DNA of 64,000 bases. Origin: Myxococcota bacterium. GTDB taxonomy: Bacteria; Myxococcota_A; UBA9160; SZUA-336. The notes beneath the pieces were generated by a model. The model searched no databases and was not told where the DNA came from. It was given only the letters and a program-made list of their open reading frames with translations. The stretch is taken from contig CBDFGR010000002.1 of the NCBI GenBank assembly GCA_965247115.1, forward strand, positions 512,001 to 576,000, written 5' to 3'. Positions within the stretch are counted from its first letter, which is position 1, and each line of letters starts with the position of its first letter. The position numbers and the translations under genes are program-made. Positions 10,020-19,431 of this stretch are shown here, one piece after another.

Positions 10020-10853
10020 ATGAGAAAGCAGCTACGCAAGGCGCTCGAGAGCGAGAGCATGGTGGTGGCCCCGTTCGTGTACGACGGGCTCCAGGCCAGG
10101 CTCGCCGAGGCGGCCGGGCTCGAGGCCGCCTATATGACCGGGTTCGGGACGGCTGCAGCACGAGGGCTACCCGATCTCGGACTACTCGGCGCGGCCGAGA
10201 TGGTAGAGAACGTCCGAAGTCTCGCCGCCAGCATCCGCATTCCGTTGATTTGCGACGCCGACACGGGCTACGGCGCCGCGCTGAACGTCATCCGTACCGT
10301 CCATGCGTACGAGGACGCGGGTGCCGCCGCGCTGCACCTGGAGGACCAGGTGTGGCCCAAGCGCTGCGGATTTCTCGACGGGAAGCAGGTGATTCCCCTC
10401 GAGCAGATGCTGCCAAAATTGCGGGCGGCCTGCGGCGAGAGGCGCGATCCGGATCTGGTCATCATCGGCAGAACGGACGCGCTGCAGCCGGAGGGCTGGG
10501 ACTCGGTGGAACGCCGCGCGCGTGCCTACGTGGAGGCGGGTGTCGACCTCGTCTTCGTCGACGGGATTCGCACGCTGGAGGACCTCGACCACTACGTCGA
10601 GCGACTCGGCGACCTGCCGCGGCTCTACAACGGCCAGCTCCTCGCGGCCTCCGAGATCGAGGCGCGGGGATTCAAGCTGATGATCCACCCGGCCACGCTG
10701 GGCGTCGTCTTCGCCGCTGCGCGCGACGCCATGCGGGAGCTCAAGGAGACGGGACAGATCGGGGAGCCGGGCGGGCTGCATGGCTTCGACGAGCTGGTTG
10801 CCCTGCTCGGGGTGCCGGAAGCCCTGGAGACCGCACAGAAGTACGAGAGCTAG
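10020..10853 (+). CDS. Isocitrate lyase/PEP mutase superfamily protein (PrpB-like)
   Basis: MTGFG, DLG, DADTGYG, HLEDQVWPKRCG, GRTD. Confidence 0.9.
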   Translation: MRKQLRKALESESMVVAPFVYDGLQARLAEAAGLEAAYMTGFGTAAARGLPDLGLLGAAEMVENVRSLAASIRIPLICDADTGYGAALNVIRTVHAYEDAGAAALHLEDQVWPKRCGFLDGKQVIPLEQMLPKLRAACGERRDPDLVIIGRTDALQPEGWDSVERRARAYVEAGVDLVFVDGIRTLEDLDHYVERLGDLPRLYNGQLLAASEIEARGFKLMIHPATLGVVFAAARDAMRELKETGQIGEPGGLHGFDELVALLGVPEALETAQKYES

Positions 10854-10871
10854 CCCGCTCGTGGCCGAGGC

Positions 10872-11324
10872 CTAACGCTCCTCCTCGGGATACAGCTCCG
10901 CGTAGCTGGGATCACCGTGCTCCCACTGCAGCTCGGCCGCGTTCAGGGAGTCGCAGACGGTATCCATCTCCACCTCCGGCGGGATGTTGATGGAGATGAA
11001 ACCGGCCGTCGCGCCTTCGTAGCTGCAGCCCAGCTCAACGAGCCATTCGAGGATCGTGGCCGACTCCTCAGACTGGTCTGCAGGCGGGTCGAGAACGAGG
11101 CGGACCGTGCGATTTCCGGACTTCCTCACAACGCGCACCAGGGTCGGTATGTCGCCCTCGCGCTCCGGGCGCGCCTCGATCACGTCCTGCCATGACACGC
11201 CGTAAGCGTAGAACGGGCTGTTGTCGAGCTTGTAGCGGTCGTGGCCCACAGGCGTAGCCCACAGGGTCTCGACGCGGTCGGACCGATCCCTGAGCTCGAC
11301 CTTCACCATCTCGGGGTCACTCAT
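10872..11324 (-). CDS. DUF4265-like protein
   Basis: ETLWA...YKLDNSPFYAYGVSWQDVIEA...VVRKSGNRTVR...LGCSYEG pattern. Confidence 0.75.
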   Translation of the reverse strand: MSDPEMVKVELRDRSDRVETLWATPVGHDRYKLDNSPFYAYGVSWQDVIEARPEREGDIPTLVRVVRKSGNRTVRLVLDPPADQSEESATILEWLVELGCSYEGATAGFISINIPPEVEMDTVCDSLNAAELQWEHGDPSYAELYPEEER

Positions 11325-11461
11325 CTGCAGGCCCCCCAACCTCACAATGGCGTTTTACCCTATCACGGCAGGTCTCTCAGTCGAGGCAAATGCGTGCGCG
11401 ACCCCACGCCCGCTCGGTCCCCGGATGGGGTACGGCGATCCGGCGCCGCGAAGCCCGCGCA

Positions 11462-12319
11462 TCAGCCGAGGAGACGCCCTCTGCAGATCGGCGTGCACGA
11501 GCCGATCAGGTCGACGCGGTAGTCGTCGTGGACATGGACGGACAACCGGCCACCGGGCATGCACACCTGAACCTGATCATCGACGAGCCCGAGACGCCGC
11601 GCCGCCGCGGCCACTGCGCAGCTGGACGAGCCCGAGGCCAGCGTCGCGCCCGCGCCCCGCTCCCAGATCAGCACCTCGACGGTGTTGCGTCCAAGCGGAC
11701 GCGCGAGCTGCACGTTGATCCGCTTTGGAAAGCGCGGATGGTTTTCGACCTGGGGGCCGATCTCGTGCAGGTCGATCTCGCGCAGCTCGTCCATGAAGAT
11801 CACACAGTGCGGGTTCCCGATGGACACGCAGGTCGCCTCCACCTTGCGCGTCTCGAGCTCCAGGCGTTCGCCGAGCATCTGGCGCGCGGGCCCGGTGGCC
11901 CCGACGGCCGCGCTCTCGAAGCTTGCAACCCCCATCTCGACTTTGACCCTGAGCACGATGTCGCCGCGCCCGAAGAGCGTCACGCGCACGACTCCGCCCG
12001 GCGTCTCGACGCTGAAGGCGCGGCGGCGCGTGTAGCCGAAGTCGTGCAGGAAGCGCGCGAAGATGCGAAGGCCGTTCCCGCTCTTCTCTGCTTCGGAGCC
12101 GTCGGGGTTGAAGATGCGCAGACCGAAGTCCCCGCGCCGCGAGCGGACGCGCGCCAGGATCCCGTCACAGCCCAGACCGTGGTGTCGGTCGCATAGCTTT
12201 CGGATGTTGCTACGAGTGAGGCGCTGCCCGAAGCTCAGCGTATCGATGGCGACGTAATCGTTGCCCAGCGCGTGGTACCTCGCGAACTCGCGCGGCCGAA
12301 GACGTCGCTCCGCTTTCAC
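11462..12319 (-). CDS. dapF: Diaminopimelate epimerase family protein, both catalytic Cys replaced by Ser
   Basis: YHALGNDY, CDRHHGLGCDG, NPDGSEAEKSGNG, GNPH, WERGAGATLASGSS. Confidence 0.85.
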   Translation of the reverse strand: MKAERRLRPREFARYHALGNDYVAIDTLSFGQRLTRSNIRKLCDRHHGLGCDGILARVRSRRGDFGLRIFNPDGSEAEKSGNGLRIFARFLHDFGYTRRRAFSVETPGGVVRVTLFGRGDIVLRVKVEMGVASFESAAVGATGPARQMLGERLELETRKVEATCVSIGNPHCVIFMDELREIDLHEIGPQVENHPRFPKRINVQLARPLGRNTVEVLIWERGAGATLASGSSSCAVAAAARRLGLVDDQVQVCMPGGRLSVHVHDDYRVDLIGSCTPICRGRLLG

Positions 12320-12410
12320 CGCTCCTCCTGTTCCACTCCTCGGAGCGTTCGCTACAGGCGAGCATCATATCCGAGCTAGAGGTCGTGCGTGGGGAGGGTA
12401 GAATGCCGGC

Positions 12411-13433
12411 ATGAACCCCGGACCGCGCGAGCGAGGCATACAGACGATCTGCCTTCTGCTGCTCTCCACGCTGGCCGCCGCCGCCGCTCTCTACTGGCTG
12501 CGGCCCGTGATGGTGCCCTTCGTGCTCGCCGTGTTCATCGCCTACGGCCTCTCGCCGCTGGTCGACCTTTCGGTGCGCCGGCTCCGCTTTCCACGCGCGC
12601 TCGCGGTCGCCGGCACGCTGGCACTGGCCTTCCTGTTGCTCCTCTTGCTCGGCGGACTGATCTCGGCATCGGTGGGACAGCTCGCCTCGAACGCGGAGGC
12701 GTATCAGGCCCAGCTGAGCCAGCTGCTTGCAACCGTGGCCGAGAACCTGCCCTTGGAACGCTATGGCGTGAACGCGGACCTGCAGCTGGATCCGCTGTCG
12801 CAGATCCCGGCCAGCGCCGTCGGCAACATGCTGCTGGGGACGACGAACGCCCTCGTCGATCTCCTCTCGCAGTCCATCCTCGTGCTGATCTTCGTCATCT
12901 TCCTCTTGATCGGAAGTGGTGGGCGGGCGCCGCTGACCGGAGTGTGGAGCGAGATCGAGTCCAACATCCAGCGCTACCTGGCAACAAAGGCCGCCCTCTC
13001 CGCCGCGACCGGGCTGCTCGTGGGACTGGTTCTGAGCGTGCTCGGGGTGGACCTCGCACTCGTGTTCGCTCTCTTCGCCTTCCTGTTGAACTTCATCCCC
13101 AGCGTCGGCTCGGTCATCGCCACCCTGCTACCCCTGCCCGTCGTGCTGGTGAGCCCGGAGATCACACCCTTGACGGCGGTGCTGGCCATCGCGATTCCCG
13201 GCGCCATTCAGCTCACTATCGGGAACGCGCTCGAGCCGAAGATCATGGGCGACACCCTGGATCTTCACCCGGTCGTGATCCTGATTATGCTGATCTTCTG
13301 GGGCATCCTGTGGGGCATCCCCGGCATGCTGCTCGCCACCCCGATCACGGCCGTCTTGAAGATCCTGTTCGGCAGGATCGAGCAGACCCGACCCCTCGCC
13401 AACCTGCTCGCGGGCCGCCTCTCCCCCGGCTGA
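12411..13433 (+). CDS. AI-2E (UPF0118) family transporter
   Basis: Multi-TM; FLLNFIPSVGS, GNALEPKIMG..LDLHP, FWGILWGIPGMLLATP. Confidence 0.9.
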   Translation: MNPGPRERGIQTICLLLLSTLAAAAALYWLRPVMVPFVLAVFIAYGLSPLVDLSVRRLRFPRALAVAGTLALAFLLLLLLGGLISASVGQLASNAEAYQAQLSQLLATVAENLPLERYGVNADLQLDPLSQIPASAVGNMLLGTTNALVDLLSQSILVLIFVIFLLIGSGGRAPLTGVWSEIESNIQRYLATKAALSAATGLLVGLVLSVLGVDLALVFALFAFLLNFIPSVGSVIATLLPLPVVLVSPEITPLTAVLAIAIPGAIQLTIGNALEPKIMGDTLDLHPVVILIMLIFWGILWGIPGMLLATPITAVLKILFGRIEQTRPLANLLAGRLSPG

Positions 13434-13442
13434 TCGACCCCC

Positions 13443-14144
13443 TCAGGGGTCCTCGCCGCCGGTCGGGATCCTCTCGATCAGGCTCTGCCAGGTGGCCTGG
13501 ATGGTGTCCTCGAAGGGGATCAGCTCCTCGCGGAAGGTCTCCTGGGCGAGCGTCAGATCGGAGATGCCCTCCCACACGATCCGGCCGGACCGGCCGTCCC
13601 AGAGCTGGAGCTGGAAGCGCGCATTGGCGGAGGCCGTCTTGCCGAGCCGGAGCCCGAACACGCTGAGACGCGTGCTGAAGGCCTCATTGAAGGTCACGAG
13701 GATCGGCACGGCAAAGTACCGGACGCCGACCACGTCCGACATCTGGACCAGCACGTCGCGCTCGAGGATGTTCGTCTTGTCGTAGATCTCGAGCATGGCC
13801 GCATACTCGTCAGCCAGATCCGCCTCGTTGATCTTGCTCGAGGCAAGGTTCGGGTGCACGAGCCCGCGCTCCAGGCGTCGCTGCAGGGTCTCGACCAGCG
13901 CCTGAGAGATCGCCTGACCAAAGGTCTCACGCCCGAATCCCACGCGGACGGCGAGGCTCGTCAGCCCGCCGCTCTCGAGCTCTTGAACCCCGAAGCCCGG
14001 CTCCCGATACAGCTCTCGCGAGTTGACCGCACGTTGCATCCGCGAGTTGCTCTGAGGAGCCCGGTAGCAGCCGGCGATAGCGGCGAGCAGGATCAGGAAG
14101 AGGACCGGCGAGCGCGGGCTCGCATGAAGCAGGCGCCGGCTCAA
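13443..14144 (-). CDS. Hypothetical lipoprotein
   Basis: TTG overlapping upstream stop; hydrophobic signal with IAGC lipobox; C-terminal LQLWDGRSGRIVWEG strand pattern of CsgG/LpoB-like lipoproteins. Confidence 0.65.
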   Translation of the reverse strand: MSRRLLHASPRSPVLFLILLAAIAGCYRAPQSNSRMQRAVNSRELYREPGFGVQELESGGLTSLAVRVGFGRETFGQAISQALVETLQRRLERGLVHPNLASSKINEADLADEYAAMLEIYDKTNILERDVLVQMSDVVGVRYFAVPILVTFNEAFSTRLSVFGLRLGKTASANARFQLQLWDGRSGRIVWEGISDLTLAQETFREELIPFEDTIQATWQSLIERIPTGGEDP

Positions 14145-14980
14145 TGCGTCGCTACGCTCGCGGCGGCGACGAGCGCCACGGTGCCCTTGTCCTTCTCGAT
14201 CCATACGAACGCCTCGGTGCGTGGCGGATCCTCCGCCGCGGGTCCGGTCACCACGCCCCGCACCGTGATGTGCTCCCCCGGCCAGACGATGTTCGTGAAC
14301 TTGACGTCGAGGGTTCCGCCGCGCCACCAGGGCTCACCGAAGTGACGCTCGAGAACCTCCCCCACGTAGGCCATGGTCATGCGCCCTCCGACCACGACGT
14401 CGGCAAAGCCCAGCTCCTCGGACGCCTGCCTGTCCGTGTGGTAGTTGGCGTGCCCGTGGAAGAAGATGCCGCACATCTCCAGGCTGATCGTGCGGTCGAG
14501 CGACTCGATGGGCTTGCCGTCCGGAACCTGGAAGCGGCGCGCGCCCTCCTTCCGCGTCGGGTCGCGCAGCGCAACCTCGCCGCTCTCCTGTCCGAGCAAG
14601 TAGGACTGGTGGTGGCGCGCCACCGCGGCAGGCTCACCAGCAGCGTCGAGCAGGGTCATCTCCGTGTTGACGACGGTCCGGTCGCGACGCTCGTAGATAT
14701 CGAGGATGCTGCCGGACACCTCATACCGCTCGCCGAGTCGCAGGGCCTCGTGAAGCTCCCACTCCTGGCGCATCCACAGGTTTCCGAACGCACTTGCATA
14801 GCCGCTCGCAGCAGTGAACGATGAGTCCGGGATGCTGGCCAGCATCGACGGAAGCTCAGCGCCCTCCGGGGGTCGTTCGAGGGCCAGCCCGTCGTAGTAG
14901 TGGTCGAGCGCTTCGCTCGAGACCGTGAAGGATCTCGTCGGAAGCTCTTGACCGATCCGCGGCTCCGTTTCTTCACTCAT
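14141..14980 (-). CDS. Double hot-dog fold MaoC-type dehydratase
   Basis: Two hot-dog halves; NYHTD..ASEELGFADVVVGG, LDVKFTNIVWPGE. Confidence 0.82.
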   Translation of the reverse strand: MSEETEPRIGQELPTRSFTVSSEALDHYYDGLALERPPEGAELPSMLASIPDSSFTAASGYASAFGNLWMRQEWELHEALRLGERYEVSGSILDIYERRDRTVVNTEMTLLDAAGEPAAVARHHQSYLLGQESGEVALRDPTRKEGARRFQVPDGKPIESLDRTISLEMCGIFFHGHANYHTDRQASEELGFADVVVGGRMTMAYVGEVLERHFGEPWWRGGTLDVKFTNIVWPGEHITVRGVVTGPAAEDPPRTEAFVWIEKDKGTVALVAAASVATH

Positions 14981-15026
14981 GCTTGCCTCCGGGGTGTTTC
15001 GTTCTCTCCGATTCTGGGTTCCCATT

Positions 15027-16835
15027 CTAGGCGCTCGAGATGCTGCGCCGAAACTCCAGCAGGTCCTCCTCGATCAGGTCGACGGACGCCTGCCAGAAAT
15101 CGGGTCGCTCCAGATCGACGCCGAGGCTACGCATGGCCACGGCCTCGGCGGTGTCGCTGCCCGTCAGTCGAAGCAGCTCCTCGTACCGGGGCAGGAAGTC
15201 GGGACCCTCCTGCTTGGCGCGCGCGAAGATCCCCAGACTGAACAGATACCCGAAGGTGTAGGGAAAGTTGTAGAAGCTCGTGCCCGTGATGTAGAAGTGG
15301 AGCTTCGAGGCCCAGAACCAGGGATCCAGCTCGTCTTCCGCGAGCGCGTCGCCGTAGTTGTCACGCTGGGCCTCCAGCATCAGGTCCCTCAGGCGGCCGA
15401 TGCCGAGCTCGCCCCCCTTTCGTTCCTCGTAGAGCGCACGCTCGAACTCGAAGCGCATCGGGATGTTGAGGAGGAACGTGGAAGCGTCGCTGAGCCGCGA
15501 GTCGAGCATCAGCGCCCGCTCCTGCGCGGACGCTGCGGGATTCGACAGGACGGCGTCGATCACGAGCTGCTCGGCGAACGTCGAGGCGGTCTCGGCGAGC
15601 GTCATGGGATAGCGCCTCGCCCAGGGGCGCATGTCGCGCATCAGGTAGCCGTGGTAGGCGTGGCCCAGCTCGTGCGCGAGCGTCGACAGGTCGCCCAGGG
15701 TCCCGTTGTAGGTGATGAAGATGCGCGACTCCCCGATCACGGCGGAGGTCGAGCAGAAGCCGCCGGGCCGCTTGCCGCTGCGCGGCTCGTAGTCGATCCA
15801 GCGCTTGTCGAAGGCGGAGGCGGCGAAGTCGGCAAGCCCAGGATTGAAGGCCCCAAAGGCCAGCAGCACCCGCTCGCGCGCCACGTTCCATGGCAGCTCT
15901 CCCGCTCCCGCCTGCGGCAGGGGCGCCATCAGGTCCTGGAAGCCGAGCTTCTCCTTGCCGAGCAACGAGGCCTTTTTCCTGAGATAGTCGCGGGCGACCT
16001 CCTGCCGCGCTGTCACCACCTCGAGCAGCGTGTCGAGCGTGCGGCGCGTGATGCCAGCGTCGAAGAGCGCAGGCTCCAGGAAGTGCGGCACGCCGCGCTG
16101 AGCATAGAGCGTGTGCCTGGTGCCGGAGATCGCGTTCAGACATGCGGCCGTCACGTCGCCGACCCGCTCCCATGCCCGGTTCGAGCCCTCGAGCGCGGCA
16201 CGGCGCACCTCCGGCTGCGGGTCCTCGAGCAGGCTGCGCACGACCGACACCGGAAGGTGACGGGCCTCGCGGCCGGGAACGGCGAGCTCGAACTCGAGCT
16301 TCCCGGAGAGCTGGTCGTACAGGCGGCCCCAGGCCGAGAGCCCATCCACGGAGAGCTCCGCGGACAGCTCCTCGAGCTCGCTCTTCATGCTCCAGCGCGC
16401 CCGCGTTCGCAGCCGGGTCAGGAAGTAGGCAACGTCGCGCAATGCTGGCTCGTCCAGCAGGCGAGCGAAGCGCTCGCGGTCGATGCTCTCGAGCACGGCG
16501 CGGAGCGCCACGTAGACCTTCTCGAGCTCGACCCGTGCCACCGTGGCGGAGGCGGTCTCGCTCTGAACGCGCTCGTCGCGGGAGTCCGCCGCACCGAGGC
16601 AGCCGAGATAGCCTGCCAGGTGACCGGAGCGTGCCGTCGCGCTCTCGAGCCGCTCCAGCAGGCTTGCCCAGTCCGACAGGTTCTCGTCCTCGATCTGCCC
16701 GAGCTGAGACAGCTCCCGTTGCAGCGCCGCCACGTCCTCGGCGAGTCGGCTCCGAAAGTCGCGGTAGCTCAGACCCCTGAGCTCGGCGAAATACGGCGTC
16801 ATGTCCCAGTTCGGGGCTGACTCCACACCTCCCAT
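15027..16835 (-). CDS. M3 family oligoendopeptidase (PepF-like)
   Basis: RSGKRPGGFC, TLAHELGHAYH, LAETAS, HFY...FYNFPYTFG. Confidence 0.93.
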   Translation of the reverse strand: MGGVESAPNWDMTPYFAELRGLSYRDFRSRLAEDVAALQRELSQLGQIEDENLSDWASLLERLESATARSGHLAGYLGCLGAADSRDERVQSETASATVARVELEKVYVALRAVLESIDRERFARLLDEPALRDVAYFLTRLRTRARWSMKSELEELSAELSVDGLSAWGRLYDQLSGKLEFELAVPGREARHLPVSVVRSLLEDPQPEVRRAALEGSNRAWERVGDVTAACLNAISGTRHTLYAQRGVPHFLEPALFDAGITRRTLDTLLEVVTARQEVARDYLRKKASLLGKEKLGFQDLMAPLPQAGAGELPWNVARERVLLAFGAFNPGLADFAASAFDKRWIDYEPRSGKRPGGFCSTSAVIGESRIFITYNGTLGDLSTLAHELGHAYHGYLMRDMRPWARRYPMTLAETASTFAEQLVIDAVLSNPAASAQERALMLDSRLSDASTFLLNIPMRFEFERALYEERKGGELGIGRLRDLMLEAQRDNYGDALAEDELDPWFWASKLHFYITGTSFYNFPYTFGYLFSLGIFARAKQEGPDFLPRYEELLRLTGSDTAEAVAMRSLGVDLERPDFWQASVDLIEEDLLEFRRSISSA

Positions 16836-16841
16836 CGGCTC

Positions 16842-16849
16842 AGTATAAT
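16842..16849. promoter_or_regulatory. Overlapping divergent -10 hexamers (bidirectional promoter candidate)
   Basis: TATAAT on + (16844-16849) and TATACT on - (16842-16847), the latter 6 nt from the peptidase ATG. Confidence 0.55.
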
Positions 16850-16887
16850 CGCAGGCAGGCGCGGACGCGCAGCCAGGAGAACACGCG

Positions 16888-17682
16888 ATGCTGACTCAGG
16901 ACCGCTACACCACGATCAAGATCGAGAAACGCAAGAACGGGGTTGCGATCGCGACCCTGAACCGCCCCGAGAAGCTCAACGCCGTCGACAGGGCGATGCA
17001 CACTGAGCTAACGACGCTCTCGCTGGACGCCAACGAGGATCCCGACGTCCGCGTCCTGGTGATCACCGGGGCCGGGCGCGCCTTCTGCGCCGGTGGCGAC
17101 TTCAGCGGCTCCGCCCAGTCTCCCGTCCGAGGAGGAGGCCAGACGATGCGCGAGGCGCGCCAGATCGTCGACAACCTGCTCGACTGCGAAAAGCCCGTCA
17201 TCACTGCGGTGAACGGCTACGCGATGGGCCTGGGCGCGACGGTGGCCCTGCTCGGCGACGTGGTAGTTGCGGGCAAGAGTGCCACTTTCGCGGACACGCA
17301 CGTGCGCATGGGAATCGGAGCCGGCGACGGCGGCCAGGTAATCTGGCCGCTGCTGATGGGAGTGAACAAGGCCAAGTTCTTCCTGATGACGGGCGACCGC
17401 CTGCCCGCGGAGGAGGCCGAGCGCGCGGGCTTGGTCAACTTCCTGGTGGAGGATGACCAGCTCATGAAACAGGCACTGGAGATCGCGGACAGGCTGGCCG
17501 CGGGTCCGGGCCAAGCCATCGCGGCCTCCAAGATGCCGATCAACAAGTACATCAAGATGGTCTCGAACCTGGTGCTGCCCCTGTCACTCAAGCTGGAAGA
17601 GGCGAACATGGCCGGCGAAGACGCCCGCGAGGCCGCGCTCGCCTTCCAGGAGAAGCGCGAGCCCAAGTTCACGGGCAGCTAG
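16888..17682 (+). CDS. Enoyl-CoA hydratase/isomerase family protein
   Basis: LNRPEKLNA, GRAFCAGGD, VNGYAMGLG, AFQEKREPKF. Confidence 0.92.
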   Translation: MLTQDRYTTIKIEKRKNGVAIATLNRPEKLNAVDRAMHTELTTLSLDANEDPDVRVLVITGAGRAFCAGGDFSGSAQSPVRGGGQTMREARQIVDNLLDCEKPVITAVNGYAMGLGATVALLGDVVVAGKSATFADTHVRMGIGAGDGGQVIWPLLMGVNKAKFFLMTGDRLPAEEAERAGLVNFLVEDDQLMKQALEIADRLAAGPGQAIAASKMPINKYIKMVSNLVLPLSLKLEEANMAGEDAREAALAFQEKREPKFTGS

Positions 17683-17707
17683 GCGGCAGCTCTCCGAGAA
17701 CACGAGC

Positions 17708-18145
17708 ATGGCAACTACGTTCCCGTCACTGGGCTTCTTCCGCGAGCTCGCGAGCCGCATGAACGCGGACCGAACGACCTTCGAGAAGCTTGGCGTCTGC
17801 GACACCGTGATGGGCGTGCGCGTCCTCGGAGAGCCCGCGCTCCTGTACGCGCTCACCTTCGAGGTGTTCGAGTGCGTCGAAACGAAGGAGCTCTCGAGCC
17901 CCGACGAGGCGGAGCTGGACTTTACGCTGGAGGCTCCGCTCGAACTCTGGCGCGAGATGCTCACATCGATTCAGAAGAGCGACGGCGCGAAGGCCGAGTA
18001 CACGCTGAACAGCCTCTCGCACCTCGGCAACCGCATGAGGGTGCAGTACGACGACCCGGACGGCCACGACAAGTTCTACCGCTTCATGGCGACCCTGCAG
18101 GCGTACTTCGACCAGACGAGCGACCTGGAGCTCGAAGACGCCTGA
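17708..18145 (+). CDS. Hypothetical protein, possibly SCP2/sterol-carrier-like fold
   Basis: Good codon bias; FPS..FF..LA..MN start and DFTLEAP..LW motif reminiscent of SCP2-like proteins. Confidence 0.6.
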   Translation: MATTFPSLGFFRELASRMNADRTTFEKLGVCDTVMGVRVLGEPALLYALTFEVFECVETKELSSPDEAELDFTLEAPLELWREMLTSIQKSDGAKAEYTLNSLSHLGNRMRVQYDDPDGHDKFYRFMATLQAYFDQTSDLELEDA

Positions 18146-18163
18146 GCCAGAGGGCGGCGAGCC

Positions 18164-19357
18164 TCAGATCACGCCCTCTTCCGCGAGCCTGGCGAGCTCG
18201 TTCTCGGACAGGTCCAGCAGCTCGCCATAGATCTCCGCGTTGTGCTCGCCGAGGCGGGGGAAGGGCTCGAGCGGCAGCTGGCCGAGCTCGGGGAAGCGCA
18301 GCGGGCTGTGCGGAAGCACCACGGGGCCCATGTCACGATGGTCGACCCGTTGGAGCATGCCTCGCTCGTGCATGTGGGGGTCGTTCATCACCTCGCCAAG
18401 GTCGCGCACTGGAGCCAGCGGAACCCGGTGCTCGCGCGCCGTTCGCTCGGCCTCCGCACGGGTCAGCGTCGCGGACCACTCGGCGATGATGCGATCGACC
18501 TGTTCTGCGTGACGGCCTCGCTCGCTCCGGGTCGCGAAGCGTGGGTCCTGCGCGAGCTCCACCCTCCCGATCATCTCGACGAGACGCTCCCAGTGCTGCT
18601 CGGTCACGCAGATGATGGCGATGTGGCCGTCCTTTGTCGGGTAGACGTTATATGGGGCACTCGCGCGACCCGCGGGCTGGTTTCCGTTCCGTCCCGGCAC
18701 CTCGCCCGTCCGGTGGAAGGCCGTGAAGAGCGTGCTGAACGTGAAGTACATGGTCTCCTGCATGGCCACCTCCACGAGCGTTCCCTGGCCCGTACGCTCG
18801 CGGCCGAGCAACGCTGTCAGCACGCCGCTGTAGAGGTGGATCCCGCCCAGGATGTCCGCCACCGCCCCCCCGGCTCGGAGCGGCGGGTCGTCCGGCTGCC
18901 CGGTCACGCTCATCATTCCGGAGACCGCCTGGATGGTGTGGTCCATCGCCAGCTGATCGCGATCCGGTCCGGTGAGCCCGAAGCCCGTGCCCGACGCGTA
19001 GATCAGGCGGGGGTTCGCTGCGGAGAGCACGTCGACACCCACGCCGAGACGGTCCATCACGCCAGGCGCGAAGTTCTCGAGCAGAACGTCGCCGTGCTTC
19101 ACGAGCTCGATCAGGAGCTCGCGCCCGCGTTCCTGCTTGAGATCGAGCGTGACGCTCTTCTTGTTCGAGTTCATCATGGCGAAGGACATCAGCGGCGAGC
19201 CGCCTGCAAGGACGCGCAGGCGCTCGCCCGCGAGGGGCTCCACCTTGATCACCTCTGCACCCGCCAGCGCCATCAGCAGCGTGGCATAGGGACCCTGGTA
19301 GATCTGGCCCAGGTCGATCACACGAACGCCGTCGAGCGGCTGCGAGTTCTGCACCAT
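18164..19357 (-). CDS. Class III CoA-transferase (CaiB/BaiF)
   Basis: LDGVRVIDL, GAEVIKVE, NKKSVTLDLK, ENFAPG, VADILGG. Confidence 0.93.
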   Translation of the reverse strand: MVQNSQPLDGVRVIDLGQIYQGPYATLLMALAGAEVIKVEPLAGERLRVLAGGSPLMSFAMMNSNKKSVTLDLKQERGRELLIELVKHGDVLLENFAPGVMDRLGVGVDVLSAANPRLIYASGTGFGLTGPDRDQLAMDHTIQAVSGMMSVTGQPDDPPLRAGGAVADILGGIHLYSGVLTALLGRERTGQGTLVEVAMQETMYFTFSTLFTAFHRTGEVPGRNGNQPAGRASAPYNVYPTKDGHIAIICVTEQHWERLVEMIGRVELAQDPRFATRSERGRHAEQVDRIIAEWSATLTRAEAERTAREHRVPLAPVRDLGEVMNDPHMHERGMLQRVDHRDMGPVVLPHSPLRFPELGQLPLEPFPRLGEHNAEIYGELLDLSENELARLAEEGVI

Positions 19358-19431
19358 GACGCGCCGTTGTACCCTTGCGCGCTCCGGGCGTCAAACGCGC
19401 GCCATTCGCCAGGTGCTAGGCTCCTGGCCGG

